A stretch of 64,000 bases of DNA from Actinomycetota bacterium (GTDB lineage Bacteria > Actinomycetota > Thermoleophilia > Gaiellales > Gaiellaceae). The notes beneath the pieces are model-generated. The model was not told the DNA's origin. It saw nothing but the letters and a program-made list of their open reading frames with translations, and made no database searches. This document shows, in pieces, positions 48,139 to 59,737 of this stretch. The stretch lies in the NCBI GenBank assembly GCA_005888435.1, contig VAXO01000051.1, positions 4,587-68,586 of the forward strand, in the 5' to 3' direction. The translations under genes and the position numbers were made by a program. The stretch's first letter is position 1. Every line of letters begins with the position of its first letter.

Positions 48139-48891
48139 ATGCGTCACCAAACCTTCACCTTTTTCACCCTTCTGCTTCTGCTCGTCGCCGGCTGCGGTGG
48201 GATGACGACGAAACGGGCTCGACCGGTGGCGCCGCCGGAGCGGACCTGCGCGGCCGGCACGTTTCACCACGTCGGCTCGGCGAGGCTCGCGTACGCGGCG
48301 ATCGTCAAGTCCCAGGCGGCTGTGTCCCCGCGAGCGGGAGCACGCGCCTTCGCACGCTTTGGCCGGCTGAACCAGAACGGCGTGCCGACGATCTTCTCGG
48401 TCCGCGGCGCCCGGGTCGATCGCCGCTGCCGGCCGGCGTCGTACTTCGTCCAGATCCCGCGGCGCCCGAACGGGCTGACGGGCTGGGTCCCGGCGGCCCA
48501 GGTCCGCGTGGAGCCGATCCACACGCGGATCGTGGTCGACCTCTCGGAGAGGCGAGTCGTCCTCTACCGCGACGCCCGACCCGTGCTGAGCGCGACCGCG
48601 GCCATCGGCTCGAGCGCCACGCCGACGCCGACCGGGAGTTTCTATGTCAACCAGCGGCTCGTCCCGACCGACCCGAGCGGGCCGTACGGGCCCGGTGCCG
48701 TCGGGATCTCCGCCTTCTCGAACGTGCTCACCGGCTGGGCTCAGGGTGGGCCGATCGCAATCCACGGGACGAACGAGCCGTGGTCGATCGGCAAGGCCGT
48801 GTCGAACGGGTGCATCCGGCTTCCGAATGCGACACTCCGCCGCGTGTTCGCACAGGCGTTGAGCGGCACGCCTGTGTTGATCCGCCGCTAG
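48139..48891 (+). CDS. L,D-transpeptidase (YkuD) lipoprotein
   Basis: ATG 48139; lipobox LLLVAGCGG. Catalytic IHGTNEPWSIGKAVSNGCIRL. Confidence 0.88.
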   Translation: MRHQTFTFFTLLLLLVAGCGGMTTKRARPVAPPERTCAAGTFHHVGSARLAYAAIVKSQAAVSPRAGARAFARFGRLNQNGVPTIFSVRGARVDRRCRPASYFVQIPRRPNGLTGWVPAAQVRVEPIHTRIVVDLSERRVVLYRDARPVLSATAAIGSSATPTPTGSFYVNQRLVPTDPSGPYGPGAVGISAFSNVLTGWAQGGPIAIHGTNEPWSIGKAVSNGCIRLPNATLRRVFAQALSGTPVLIRR

Positions 48892-49949
48892 GGAAGCTGC
48901 AAGCGCGCCCAGACGCCGGCGTGGTCCGACGGCCAAAGTCCGCCGACGCGATCTGCCGGTTTCTGGCCGACGATGCCTGCGCCAACGGCGCGGAAGCCGT
49001 TCTTCAGCAGGATGTAATCGATGCGGCTGTAGAACGGCCCGCCGAGCTGGCGCAGGTCGTCGCCGTGGCAACAGCTGAGACCGACGTCGTTGGGGTGCGC
49101 CTGGGTCCAGGCGTCCTGGAAGCCCAGTGCGAGCAGGTCCGCGTGCGTCGTCGTTCCGGTTCCGTCCGCACGCGAGTTCAGATCGCCGACGAGCACCGTC
49201 GGGAGCCGCGACGCGCTCAGGGACTCGCCGAGCTCTTTCCCCTGGGCGACCTGCGACGCGTCATTGAAGGATTCCAGGTGCGTCGTCGCGACCCGGAAGC
49301 GGCGTCCGTTCTTGCTCGCGTCGGCGACGATGTAGCCTCGCTTCGCGACGACGAGGCCACCGAAGAGCGGCGTCGTCGTCGTGTACTGCGCCTTCCGGAC
49401 GCTTCGGATCCGGATGTGGGAATTGGTGCGCACGAGCAGCCCGTCGCGGACGGTCAGTCGGATGTCCATCGTGGGTGGATTGCCGCTCGGCAACTCAGCA
49501 TCGGTCCACGGGGCGATCGCTGCGAAGCGGTATGGGAGGTGCCGCGCGGCGAGCGCCCGCGAGAGCTCGCGCGCGTAGTCGAGGACGACCTTCGTCGCGG
49601 GCGTGACGGTGAAGTCGGCCGGCGTCTGCGTGCGGTAGAGCGTCAGCTCCTGCAAGCCGACGAAGTCCGGCTTGACGGCGGCGATCTCGCGTGCGATCGC
49701 GCGCGCGCGGACCGGGAAGTCGTTTGCCTGAACCTGCGCCCACCCCGCCGCGACGGCGGCAAACGCCTCGGGCGCCGACTTCGCCTTCACGATCGGGTCG
49801 AGGTTCGCGCCGAGGTAGAGGTTGCGTGTCATCACCCGCAGCGTCACCGGAGCGCGCCGTGCGTGGCCTGCGGAGACGGCCGTCGCCGCGAGGAGCGCGA
49901 CGAGGACGAAGGCATAGCCACGACGCGGGCGCAAGACACCTGTCACCAT
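48888..49949 (-). CDS. Endonuclease/exonuclease/phosphatase (EEP) family protein, secreted
   Basis: ATG 49949. RVMTRNLYLG, VGLQE, GDLNS, SDHAGVWARL. Confidence 0.82.
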   Translation of the reverse strand: MVTGVLRPRRGYAFVLVALLAATAVSAGHARRAPVTLRVMTRNLYLGANLDPIVKAKSAPEAFAAVAAGWAQVQANDFPVRARAIAREIAAVKPDFVGLQELTLYRTQTPADFTVTPATKVVLDYARELSRALAARHLPYRFAAIAPWTDAELPSGNPPTMDIRLTVRDGLLVRTNSHIRIRSVRKAQYTTTTPLFGGLVVAKRGYIVADASKNGRRFRVATTHLESFNDASQVAQGKELGESLSASRLPTVLVGDLNSRADGTGTTTHADLLALGFQDAWTQAHPNDVGLSCCHGDDLRQLGGPFYSRIDYILLKNGFRAVGAGIVGQKPADRVGGLWPSDHAGVWARLQLP

Positions 49950-49955
49950 ACGCCG

Positions 49956-50255
49956 GTGGCTCGACCCAGACAAAACATCGTGGATCGGCTCGCCGACCTC
50001 GGCGAGGAGGCGATCCAGCGGATCGGCAATGCGCCGGGCGGGGACCGCGTGCTCGCCGCGATGGCGGGAACGCGGGACCGTCTGGACGACCTGCAGAAGC
50101 GCGTTCGCGGCCTGGAGGAGCTCGACAAGCGCGTCGCGTCGATCGAGCGCCGGCTCGACAAGCTCGAGGGGAAGGGCAAGACGGCATCCACGACGACGCG
50201 CAAGTCGTCATCGCCGTCGACGACCCCGAAGAGCTCGGGCTCCAGCTCGAGCTAG
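49956..50255 (+). CDS. Small coiled-coil protein with Ser/Thr-rich tail (phasin/COG3937-like?)
   Basis: GTG 49956 inside ORF 48780..50255. RDRLDDLQKRVRGLEELDKRVASIERRLDKLEGKG. Confidence 0.55.
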   Translation: MARPRQNIVDRLADLGEEAIQRIGNAPGGDRVLAAMAGTRDRLDDLQKRVRGLEELDKRVASIERRLDKLEGKGKTASTTTRKSSSPSTTPKSSGSSSS

Positions 50256-51154
50256 GGCACGCGCACGCGCAGCGCCTGCGGGACGAGCTCGAAACGGGCG
50301 GGCGTCGTTCCCGGCTGTTCGCCGTCGAGCACGACGGGCACCGCCGGGGCGGCGTCGACTCGGACGGCCGCTCCGTGGAGCACGTCGATCTTCGGATGCG
50401 AGAGGTGCTTGCCGCGGTAGATCTTCGGAAAGGTGCGGACGAAGTCCGCCTTGCTGACGTCGCCGATCAGGAGAACGTCGAGCCTCCCGTCATCGGGCTC
50501 GGCTTCAGGCGTCACCCACATGCCGCCGGCCGCATAGTCGCCGTTCATGACGAGCACCTCGAACATGTCGCCGCTCCGCCGCTCGCCGTCGATCTGCACG
50601 GTCACGTCGGCGCTCTTCCAGGAGGCGAAGACGGCGAGCGTTGCCGCGAAGAACGAGACGCGCCCGCCGAGCGCCTTCGACGACCTGTTCGCGCGGCGCG
50701 CGATCGCTCCGCTGATCCCCGCGCCGGCGAAGTTCGCGAAATACGCGCTCGCTTCTGAGCCGTTCCACGAGCGATAGGTCGCGCGGCCGGCGTCCAGTGT
50801 TCGCGGCCGGCCGTCGCGCGCGACTGCGAGCGCGGCACGCACGTCGGACGGGATGCGCAGGCTGCGGACGAAATCCTTGCCCGTGCCACGCGGAAGCACG
50901 GCCAGCTCGACGTCGCCTGCGCCGATCGCACCGTTGACGACCTCGTGAACCGTTCCGTCGCCGCCGACGACGACGAGCAGCGTGGCGCCGTCCTGGATCG
51001 CGCGGCGCGTCAGGTCGGTGAGCTCGCCGGGTCGCTGGGAGAACAACGCGTCGCCCGTGATGCCGGCGGCGGCAGCCGCCCGCGCGATCTCCGGCCAGCG
51101 ACGTCCCGTCGAGCCGTTGGCCGACGCGGGGTTGACGAGGAAGACCGTCTTAAT
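50252..51154 (-). CDS. Diacylglycerol/lipid kinase family protein (YegS/BmrU-like)
   Basis: VVVGGDGTVHEVVNG. The conserved N-terminal strand KTVFLVNPASANGSTGRRW lies upstream of the first canonical start (TTG 51046), and the only start-like codon is ATT 51154 in an ATTAA overlap with the deoD stop. Confidence 0.75.
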   Translation of the reverse strand: MKTVFLVNPASANGSTGRRWPEIARAAAAAGITGDALFSQRPGELTDLTRRAIQDGATLLVVVGGDGTVHEVVNGAIGAGDVELAVLPRGTGKDFVRSLRIPSDVRAALAVARDGRPRTLDAGRATYRSWNGSEASAYFANFAGAGISGAIARRANRSSKALGGRVSFFAATLAVFASWKSADVTVQIDGERRSGDMFEVLVMNGDYAAGGMWVTPEAEPDDGRLDVLLIGDVSKADFVRTFPKIYRGKHLSHPKIDVLHGAAVRVDAAPAVPVVLDGEQPGTTPARFELVPQALRVRVP

Positions 51155-51863
51155 GCTCGGCGGTGACGGTCGCGAGCGCCACCCGCGTCACGCGGTCGAC
51201 TGCGGCGCGCAGCTCCTCGTCGGTGATGCGCTTGAACTCGCCCTCGACGACGATGTCGCTGACCGTGAGCAGGCAGCCCGCCTGCACGCCGCGCAGCGCG
51301 CCGACGGTGAAGAGCGCGGACGCTTCCATCTCGACTGCGAGGACGCCGCGCTTCGACCATCGCTCGTACTGCCCTTCGTCAGGGTTGTAGAAGACGTCGC
51401 TGGAGACGATCGGGCCGACGTGCATCGGCTGGCCCATCTCCTTCGCCGCGTGGACGGCGCCGTGGATCAGCTCCCAGTTCGCCGTCGGGCAGTGCGGCTC
51501 GCCGCCGACCAGGTGATCGGCGGTCCGGTCGTCCGCGACCGCCGACAGGGCGACGATCAGGTCGCCGAGCTCGTGGTGGGCCTGCAGCCCGCCGCACGTG
51601 CCGACGCGCAACAGCTTCTTCACGCCGAGCTGGATCAGCTCCTCGAAGACGATCGTCGCACCCGGACAGCCCATGCCCGTCCCCTGAACCGAGACTGGCT
51701 TGCCCTCGTAGGTTCCCGTGTAGCCGAGCAGCCCGCGCTCCGAGTTCCGCTGCTTCGCGTCGTCGAAGTACGTGTCGGCGATGTACTTCGCGCGAAGAGG
51801 ATCACCGGGGAGAAGGCACGCCTCCGCGTACTCTCCCGGCTCCGCTCGAATGTGGATCGGCAT
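51150..51863 (-). CDS. deoD: Purine nucleoside phosphorylase, DeoD type
   Basis: MPIHIRAEPGEYAEACLLPGDPLRAKYIADTY...GTGMGCPGATIVFEEL...RVGTCGG. Confidence 0.92.
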   Translation of the reverse strand: MPIHIRAEPGEYAEACLLPGDPLRAKYIADTYFDDAKQRNSERGLLGYTGTYEGKPVSVQGTGMGCPGATIVFEELIQLGVKKLLRVGTCGGLQAHHELGDLIVALSAVADDRTADHLVGGEPHCPTANWELIHGAVHAAKEMGQPMHVGPIVSSDVFYNPDEGQYERWSKRGVLAVEMEASALFTVGALRGVQAGCLLTVSDIVVEGEFKRITDEELRAAVDRVTRVALATVTAEH

Positions 51864-51898
51864 GGAGGGCAACCCTAACCCGTGACACGATTGCGCCC

Positions 51899-52678
51899 GT
51901 GAGCAAGCCGTTCGAGCCTGCCCTCGATCAGATACTCGCGTTCTGCGCGCAGGACCCGGTCGAGCGAGTCTTCCTCGAGGACGTTGCGCGCCGGCGGCTA
52001 GGCCGGTTCACGGCCTTCGGGGACAACGGGTCGCTCACGGCCCTCTGCCACGTCGGCGCGAACGTCGTCCCCTCGGGGAGCGAATGTGGACGCTTTGCCG
52101 ATGTCGCCGCGCGCGGACGCGCTCGGATGATCATCGGCGACGAGGGTGCGGTCACGGACCTCTGGGACAACATGGCGGGGCTGATGCCGAGACCGCGGGA
52201 CGACCGGCCGGGACAGCCGGTGTACGCGATCTCCGACCCGCCGGAGCCCGGCGACACCGGCCTGCGCGCCGCCACGGAGCGTGACTTCGAGCTGCTGCTC
52301 CCGGCGTGCGCGGCCGCGCACGCGGAAGAGATCGGCGTCGACCCGCTGGCGCGCGATCCGGACGGGTTCCGCTGGCGCACGCGCTCGCAGATCGAGGAAG
52401 GGAGGTCGTGGCTCTGGGCAGAGGAGGGAGCCATCCGCTTCAAGGCAGAGGCCTCGGCGTGGACACCGTCCGCCGTGCAGGTGCAGCAGGTGTGGGTCGA
52501 CCCGTCGGAGCGGGATCGCGGCTACGCGAAGCGGGGAATGCGCGACCTGTGCCGACTGCTACTTCAGGACGTCCCGGCCGTCTGCCTGTTCGTCCGCCCC
52601 GAGAACGCCCCGGCAATCCGCGTCTACGAGGGGATCGGGATGCAACAACACGGCTCCTACAGAAGCCTCATCTTCTAA
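51899..52678 (+). CDS. GNAT-family N-acetyltransferase (DUF4081-type N-terminal region)
   Basis: C-terminal acetyltransferase fold: QVWVDPSERDRGYAKRGMRDLC..L...PAVCLFVRPENAPAIRVYEGIGM. Confidence 0.7.
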   Translation: MSKPFEPALDQILAFCAQDPVERVFLEDVARRRLGRFTAFGDNGSLTALCHVGANVVPSGSECGRFADVAARGRARMIIGDEGAVTDLWDNMAGLMPRPRDDRPGQPVYAISDPPEPGDTGLRAATERDFELLLPACAAAHAEEIGVDPLARDPDGFRWRTRSQIEEGRSWLWAEEGAIRFKAEASAWTPSAVQVQQVWVDPSERDRGYAKRGMRDLCRLLLQDVPAVCLFVRPENAPAIRVYEGIGMQQHGSYRSLIF

Positions 52679-52689
52679 CGAGCAAAAGA

Positions 52690-52735
52690 GCCGGAGGCCT
52701 AAGCCGGCGCGCGTTTCCGCGCGAAGCGCGCGTAC
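52690..52735 (-). repeat. Short, internally deleted, inverted copy of the roughly 190-nt mosaic repeat
   Basis: GCCGGAGGCCTAAGCC is the reverse complement of 53423-53437 with one extra C. The adjacent GCGCGCGTTTCCGCGCGAAGCGCGCG matches the inverted 5' module of copies A and B. Confidence 0.6.
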
Positions 52736-52783
52736 CCAAAAGGGGTATGCAGTGTCGGCGGCGCAGCCGCCGACACTGGAACT

Positions 52784-53254
52784 GTGAAGCCCCGCTTTAC
52801 TGCGGCTGCGGGACTCGCTGTGGCGATCGTTGCCATGGCCTCGCTGGTCCTTTTCCTCGGCGGCAACAGTCGGGCCGCCGTCGCGCACACGTGCTCGGCG
52901 ACCGACCGGCAGTTCATGAGCGTGGCGCAGCTGAACATGGCGGCGCTCGGCTCGCTCTCCGAGGATTACCTCCACGGCGACGCGAAGCCGGCCGAGGTGA
53001 TCGACCAGACGCAGTCCGCGATCCTCGGCCTCCGCAACACCGACCCGAGCGATCCATCGCTGTCGAAGACGCGGGCGATCCTCCGAGCGATGTTCGTCGA
53101 ATACACACGCGCGATTCGCGCCGACGCGCGTCACAAGAATCCCGGGCAGTACATCTATCGCGCGTACGGGCTCGCGAACTTCGCGCACGACGTGCTCTCG
53201 GATGCCCAGCCGGGTTTGATGAGGCGCGGCTGCGACGTAACGCCGTTGCTCTGA
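52784..53254 (+). CDS. Hypothetical signal-anchored protein
   Basis: ORF track; hydrophobic N-terminus; high GC3. No family recognised; start uncertain. Confidence 0.5.
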   Translation: MKPRFTAAAGLAVAIVAMASLVLFLGGNSRAAVAHTCSATDRQFMSVAQLNMAALGSLSEDYLHGDAKPAEVIDQTQSAILGLRNTDPSDPSLSKTRAILRAMFVEYTRAIRADARHKNPGQYIYRAYGLANFAHDVLSDAQPGLMRRGCDVTPLL

Positions 53255-53283
53255 CCGAAAGCTTCGCTTGCGGTCGGGAAGGG

Positions 53284-53466
53284 ACGCCGCTTCGCGGGGA
53301 AGCGCGCCGGCGGAGCCCGCGCGCTCTAGGTCGGTTCGCGGCGGTTCCTTCCGTGCGGCGCGAGCAGGCTTCGCGTGCCCGCGTCGCATCAGTGCGCCTG
53401 CGGCTAAGTCGGCCTTCGGCCTGGCTTAGCCTCCGGCCTGGCCGTTGAGTGGGGGTCGGTGCGGTC
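53284..53466 (+). repeat. Roughly 190-nt mosaic intergenic repeat, copy A
   Basis: Aligns by eye with 60477-60670. The 52-nt core 53348-53399 versus 60543-60594 is identical at 49 of 52 positions. Followed by the hairpin GGCTAAG..CTTAGCC. Confidence 0.75.
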
Positions 53467-53742
53467 ATTGAGAAAGTCCAGCGCGTCCGCGACTATTCGG
53501 AGGCGCGCGAAGCGCTCGCGCAGGCCGGGATAGTCGTCCAGCAGATCCCAGAGTTCCTTCAGGGCAGGCTCGACTTCGCCGTCGGCGCCCTCGAACAGCG
53601 TGTCGACGAGCCGCCGGACGTCGTCGCGGATCTCCGCGGGGACCTCGGCCGCGGCGACCCGCGCCTCGGTCCGCTCTGCGAGCCACTCCGCGGCCTGGCG
53701 GTTCGCCTGGTTTCGGCGCCAGGCATGGAAGAAGGTCGTCAC
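53404..53742 (-). CDS. Hypothetical protein (112 aa)
   Basis: ORF track; GTG start. The C-terminal roughly 20 codons run into repeat copy A. Confidence 0.5.
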   Translation of the reverse strand: MTTFFHAWRRNQANRQAAEWLAERTEARVAAAEVPAEIRDDVRRLVDTLFEGADGEVEPALKELWDLLDDYPGLRERFARLRIVADALDFLNDRTDPHSTARPEAKPGRRPT

Positions 53743-53789
53743 GTGCTTTCCATCGGCTTTTCGAGCAGTACGCGTCTACCCTTGTTCGC

Positions 53790-54755
53790 GTGAACATCGC
53801 GGTCCGCGTCGAGCAGTTCATTCGGACTTACGACTTGATCCCGCCGGGCGGCGAATTGACGTGCCTCGTCTCCGGGGGCGCGGACTCGACGTGCCTCTGG
53901 CACGTGCTGCGCGAGCTGGGCTACGGCGTCTCGGCATTGCACGTGAACCACGGCCTGCGCGGTGAGGAGTCAGAGGCCGACGCGCGCTTCTGTGCCGAGC
54001 AGCTCGGTGCCGAGATCGTCGACGGCCGCGGCGGCACTACGGAAGCGGAGCTGCGCGACATTCGCTACTCCTTCGCGACCGACCGCCTGCGCGCCACCGG
54101 GCACACGGCGTCGGACCAGGTCGAGACGGTGCTCTACCGCCTCGTCGCCAGCGGCCTCGCGAAAGGGATCAAGCTGCGGCGCGAGGACGGCGTCGTTCGC
54201 CCGCTGCTGCAGCTCTGGCGCGACGAGACGGAGGAGCACTGCCGCGCGCACGGGCTCGCCTTTCGCACCGACACGTCGAACGCGGACACGAAGCGGGGGC
54301 TGATCCGCGACGAGATCCTCCCGCGCCTGCGTGAGCTGCATCCCGCTGCAGACCAGAACCTGCTGCGCGTCGCGCAGGGCGAGCCGTCCGCGCTCGACGA
54401 GCTCCTCGCGTCCACATCCGGTTCGAAGCGGCTGGACCTCGGTTCCGGGCTGACGGCGGTGCGTGAGTACGGGAACGTCTGGCTCGAGCGCACACCCGTC
54501 GCGCTCGACGGCGAGGTCCGCTGGGGCGACTGGCGGATCGCCGCCGACGCGCCAGGCCTTAAGGTACGTGCGTGGCGTGCCGGCGACCGGCTCGCCGGAC
54601 GCTCGAAGAAGATCCAGGACGTGTTCGTCGACGCGAAGATCCCCCGTTCGGCCCGTGAGTCGTGGCCGCTCGTCGTACGCGGCGACGAGGTCGTCGCGGT
54701 CCCGGGGATCGTCGAGGCGGAAGGAGTGCGCGCCGAGCGTGTCGGCTCACACTGA
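53790..54755 (+). CDS. tilS: tRNA(Ile)-lysidine synthetase
   Basis: PP-loop LVSGGADSTCL; followed by hpt and ftsH. Confidence 0.9.
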   Translation: MNIAVRVEQFIRTYDLIPPGGELTCLVSGGADSTCLWHVLRELGYGVSALHVNHGLRGEESEADARFCAEQLGAEIVDGRGGTTEAELRDIRYSFATDRLRATGHTASDQVETVLYRLVASGLAKGIKLRREDGVVRPLLQLWRDETEEHCRAHGLAFRTDTSNADTKRGLIRDEILPRLRELHPAADQNLLRVAQGEPSALDELLASTSGSKRLDLGSGLTAVREYGNVWLERTPVALDGEVRWGDWRIAADAPGLKVRAWRAGDRLAGRSKKIQDVFVDAKIPRSARESWPLVVRGDEVVAVPGIVEAEGVRAERVGSH

Positions 54756-55302
54756 GCTCGAACGCGATGTGGCGGAGATCCTCATCGACGAGGATCGGCT
54801 GAAGTCGCGCGTGCAAGAGCTCGGTGAGGAGGTCTCGGCGGACTACGCCGGGCGCGACCTGCTGTTGATCGGCGTCCTCAAGGGCGCCGTCTTCTTCATG
54901 GCGGACCTGATGCGAACGCTGACGGTTCCATGCGAGATCGACTTCATGGCGATCTCGAGCTACGGCGCTCAGACGGATTCGTCGGGCGTCGTGCGGATCC
55001 TGAAGGACCTCGACATCAACATCGAGGGCCGCGACGTCCTCGTCGTCGAGGACATCATCGACTCCGGCCTGACGCTCTCCTACCTGATGCGGAACCTGGA
55101 ATCCCGCGAGCCGGCCAGCCTGGAGGTCTGCGCCCTGCTGACGAAGCCGGAGCGGCGGGAGATCGACGTGCCGGTCCGGTACATCGGCTTCGAGATTCCC
55201 AACCGGTTCGTGATCGGCTACGGCCTCGACTTCGCGGAGCGGTACAGGAACCTGCCCTATGTCGGCGTACTGGATACGGAGTTGGTTCCGGAAGGCGCGT
55301 AA
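54739..55302 (+). CDS. hpt: Hypoxanthine phosphoribosyltransferase
   Basis: GTG 54739 (AAGGAG 12 nt upstream). LLIGVLKGAVFFMADL...VLVVEDIIDSGLTL...GYGLDFAERYRNLPYV. Confidence 0.92.
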   Translation: MSAHTELERDVAEILIDEDRLKSRVQELGEEVSADYAGRDLLLIGVLKGAVFFMADLMRTLTVPCEIDFMAISSYGAQTDSSGVVRILKDLDINIEGRDVLVVEDIIDSGLTLSYLMRNLESREPASLEVCALLTKPERREIDVPVRYIGFEIPNRFVIGYGLDFAERYRNLPYVGVLDTELVPEGA

Positions 55303-55374
55303 GTCCGGCTTGATCACCCCGTTTAGGGGTGGTTCGGCTCAAACCGAGGCTGGTACCCTGCCGAAAGAGCTCTG

Positions 55375-57351
<1,977 letters not shown>

Positions 57352-57390
57352 TCGCCTCGATTGTCGCGGCCCGGCGCCGCGATGCCGGCG

Positions 57391-57405
57391 TACCCCTAGG
57401 GGGTA
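57391..57405. promoter_or_regulatory. CsoR-type operator TACCCCTAGGGGGTA overlapping a TATAAG -10-like box
   Basis: GC-tract pseudo-palindrome flanked by TA, 16 nt upstream of the copZ ATG. Matches the remembered CsoR box pattern TACCC-N4-5-GGGTA. Confidence 0.7.
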
Positions 57406-57420
57406 TAAGATGCCAGCGTA

Positions 57421-57624
57421 ATGGCCGGACGGCTCGTCTACTTCGTGCCCGGGATGCACTGCGCCCACTGCGAACGCGCCGTCGTCGAGGAGGTCAGGTC
57501 AGTGAACGGCGTGTCGTCGGTCGACATCGATCTCGAGCGTAAGCTGGTAGCCGTCGACGGCGAATCACTCGACGATCGCGCGCTCCGCGCGGCGATCGAA
57601 GAAGCCGGGTACGAGGCTGCCTGA
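57421..57624 (+). CDS. copZ: Copper chaperone CopZ (HMA domain)
   Basis: [13 protein letters not shown]. Confidence 0.9.
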   Translation: MAGRLVYFVPGMHCAHCERAVVEEVRSVNGVSSVDIDLERKLVAVDGESLDDRALRAAIEEAGYEAA

Positions 57625-57625
57625 G

Positions 57626-59737
57626 ATGGCTGAGGTCCGTCTCGATCTCGACGGCATGACGTGTGCGTCCTGTGCCGCACGCATCGAGAAGAAGCTGAAC
57701 AAGCTCGACGGGGTGGAGGCGACCGTCAACTTTGCGACCGAACAGGCGACCGTGCGTTTTGCGACCGAACAGGCGACCGTGCGTTCGGCTGCGCCCGTTC
57801 CAGTCGATGCGCTGATCGGCGCCGTGCACACGGCGGGCTACGGCGCGCGCGAGGCGGCGCCGCTGCAGCTCCACCACCACGAAGAAGCTATCGAACTGCT
57901 TCGGCGGCGCCTGGTGTTCGCGATTGCGCTGACGATTCCGCTCTCTTTTCTCGCGCTCGTCCCACCGCTGCGGTTTCCGGGTTGGGGCTGGGTCGCCCTC
58001 GCCCTCTCGACACCGGTGGTTTTTTGGAGCGGCAGCGCCTTTCACCGCGCAGCGCTGCGGAGCGCACGTCACCTGGCGGCGACGATGGACACGCTCATCT
58101 CGATCGGCACGCTCGCCGCATGGCTCTGGTCGACGGTTGTGCTCCTCGGGTCGCTCGACGCGGAAACGTACTTCGAAGTGCCGGCGGTGATCACGGTGCT
58201 CGTCCTGCTCGGACGGTTCTTCGAGACTCGTGCGAAGGGGCGCTCCGGTGAGGCAATCCGAAAGCTGCTCGAGCTCGGAGCGAAGGAGGCGCGGCTCCTT
58301 CGCGACGGTGGCGAAGCTCTCGTCGCGGTCGGCGATTTGCGTCCGGGTGACCTCTTCGTCATGCGACCGGGCGAGAAGATCGCCACCGACGGTGTCGTGG
58401 TCGAAGGGGAATCGGCGATCGACCAGTCGGTCCTGACAGGCGAGTCCGTTCCGGTGGAGGTTGCGACGGGCAGCGAGGTGCTCGGTGCGACGGTCAACAC
58501 ATATGGACGTCTCGTCGTACGTGCGACGAAGGTCGGCTCGGATACGGCGCTGGCTCAGATCGCGCGGCTCGTGGAAGCCGCGCAATCGGGCAAGGCTCCG
58601 ATCCAGCGGCTCGCCGATCGAGTCTCGGCGGTCTTCGTCCCGATCGTGATCGCCATCTCGCTGGCGACGCTCCTCGGCTGGCTTGCGTTCGGCGCACCGG
58701 CGTCGACCGCGTTCACTGCGGCCGTCGCGGTTCTGATCATCGCCTGCCCGTGCGCGCTCGGTCTTGCGACGCCGACGGCGCTGATGGTGGGAACTGGACG
58801 CGGTGCGCAGCTCGGGGTTCTGATCAAAGGACCGGATGTCCTCGAGCAGACGCGCCGAATCGACACGATCGTGCTCGACAAGACCGGGACCGTCACCGAG
58901 GGGAAGATGAAGCTCCTCGATGTCGCGCCGCTCGACGGTGCAACCCGCGACGAGATCCTGCGACTCGCCGGAGCCGTCGAGGCGGGGAGTGAGCATCCGA
59001 TCGGTCGCGCGATCGCCGACGCCGCGCGTGCGCGGCTAGGGAAGCTTCCTCCTGTTGCGGGCTTTCGCAACCGTCCGGGCATCGGCGTCGTCGGCGTGGT
59101 CGACGGGCACGAGGTCGAGGTCGGTCGGCGCGACGGGCGCATCGCCGTCTCCTGGGACGGCGTTTCCCGCGCGACCCTCGCGGTTCGTGACGCCGTCAAG
59201 CCGACCAGCGCCGCTGCTATTGCGGAATTGAAGGGGCTGGGCTTGCGCCCGATCCTCCTCACGGGCGATGAACGCACTGTCGCCGAGCGTGTGGCTGCAG
59301 AGGTCGGGATCGAGCGCGTGCTCGCCGAGGTGTATCCCGATGACAAGTTCGCGGAGGTGAAACGCCTGCAGGAAGCAGGGCAGGTGGTCGCCATGGTCGG
59401 CGACGGCATCAACGACGCGCCTGCGCTCGCACAGGCGGACCTCGGGCTCGCGATCGGGACGGGTACCGACGTCGCCATCGAGGCGAGCGACGTGACTCTC
59501 GTCTCCGGTGACCTCCGCGCAGTCGTCGACGCGATCCGGCTTGCCCGGCGCACGCTGCGAACGATCAGGGGCAACCTCTTCTGGGCGTTCGCGTACAACG
59601 TCGCGGCGATCCCTCTGGCCGTCGCCGGGCTGCTGAATCCGATGATCGCCGCCGCTGCGATGGCGTTGTCGTCGCTCTTCGTCGTGGCGAACAGCTTGCG
59701 ACTGCGTAGGTTCCATGGAATTCGGGAGGGGACATGA
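57626..59737 (+). CDS. copA: Copper-translocating P-type ATPase
   Basis: [23 protein letters not shown]. Confidence 0.95.
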   Translation: MAEVRLDLDGMTCASCAARIEKKLNKLDGVEATVNFATEQATVRFATEQATVRSAAPVPVDALIGAVHTAGYGAREAAPLQLHHHEEAIELLRRRLVFAIALTIPLSFLALVPPLRFPGWGWVALALSTPVVFWSGSAFHRAALRSARHLAATMDTLISIGTLAAWLWSTVVLLGSLDAETYFEVPAVITVLVLLGRFFETRAKGRSGEAIRKLLELGAKEARLLRDGGEALVAVGDLRPGDLFVMRPGEKIATDGVVVEGESAIDQSVLTGESVPVEVATGSEVLGATVNTYGRLVVRATKVGSDTALAQIARLVEAAQSGKAPIQRLADRVSAVFVPIVIAISLATLLGWLAFGAPASTAFTAAVAVLIIACPCALGLATPTALMVGTGRGAQLGVLIKGPDVLEQTRRIDTIVLDKTGTVTEGKMKLLDVAPLDGATRDEILRLAGAVEAGSEHPIGRAIADAARARLGKLPPVAGFRNRPGIGVVGVVDGHEVEVGRRDGRIAVSWDGVSRATLAVRDAVKPTSAAAIAELKGLGLRPILLTGDERTVAERVAAEVGIERVLAEVYPDDKFAEVKRLQEAGQVVAMVGDGINDAPALAQADLGLAIGTGTDVAIEASDVTLVSGDLRAVVDAIRLARRTLRTIRGNLFWAFAYNVAAIPLAVAGLLNPMIAAAAMALSSLFVVANSLRLRRFHGIREGT
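57731..57784 (+). repeat. Perfect 27-bp tandem duplication inside the copA HMA domain
   Basis: TTTGCGACCGAACAGGCGACCGTGCGT occurs twice (57731-57757 and 57758-57784), encoding FATEQATVR twice. Confidence 0.95.

Noticed and set aside
57731-57784. CRISPR-like or minisatellite array.
   Set aside because: There are only two units, with no spacers, and they lie in frame inside copA. No repeat-spacer architecture exists anywhere in the window.
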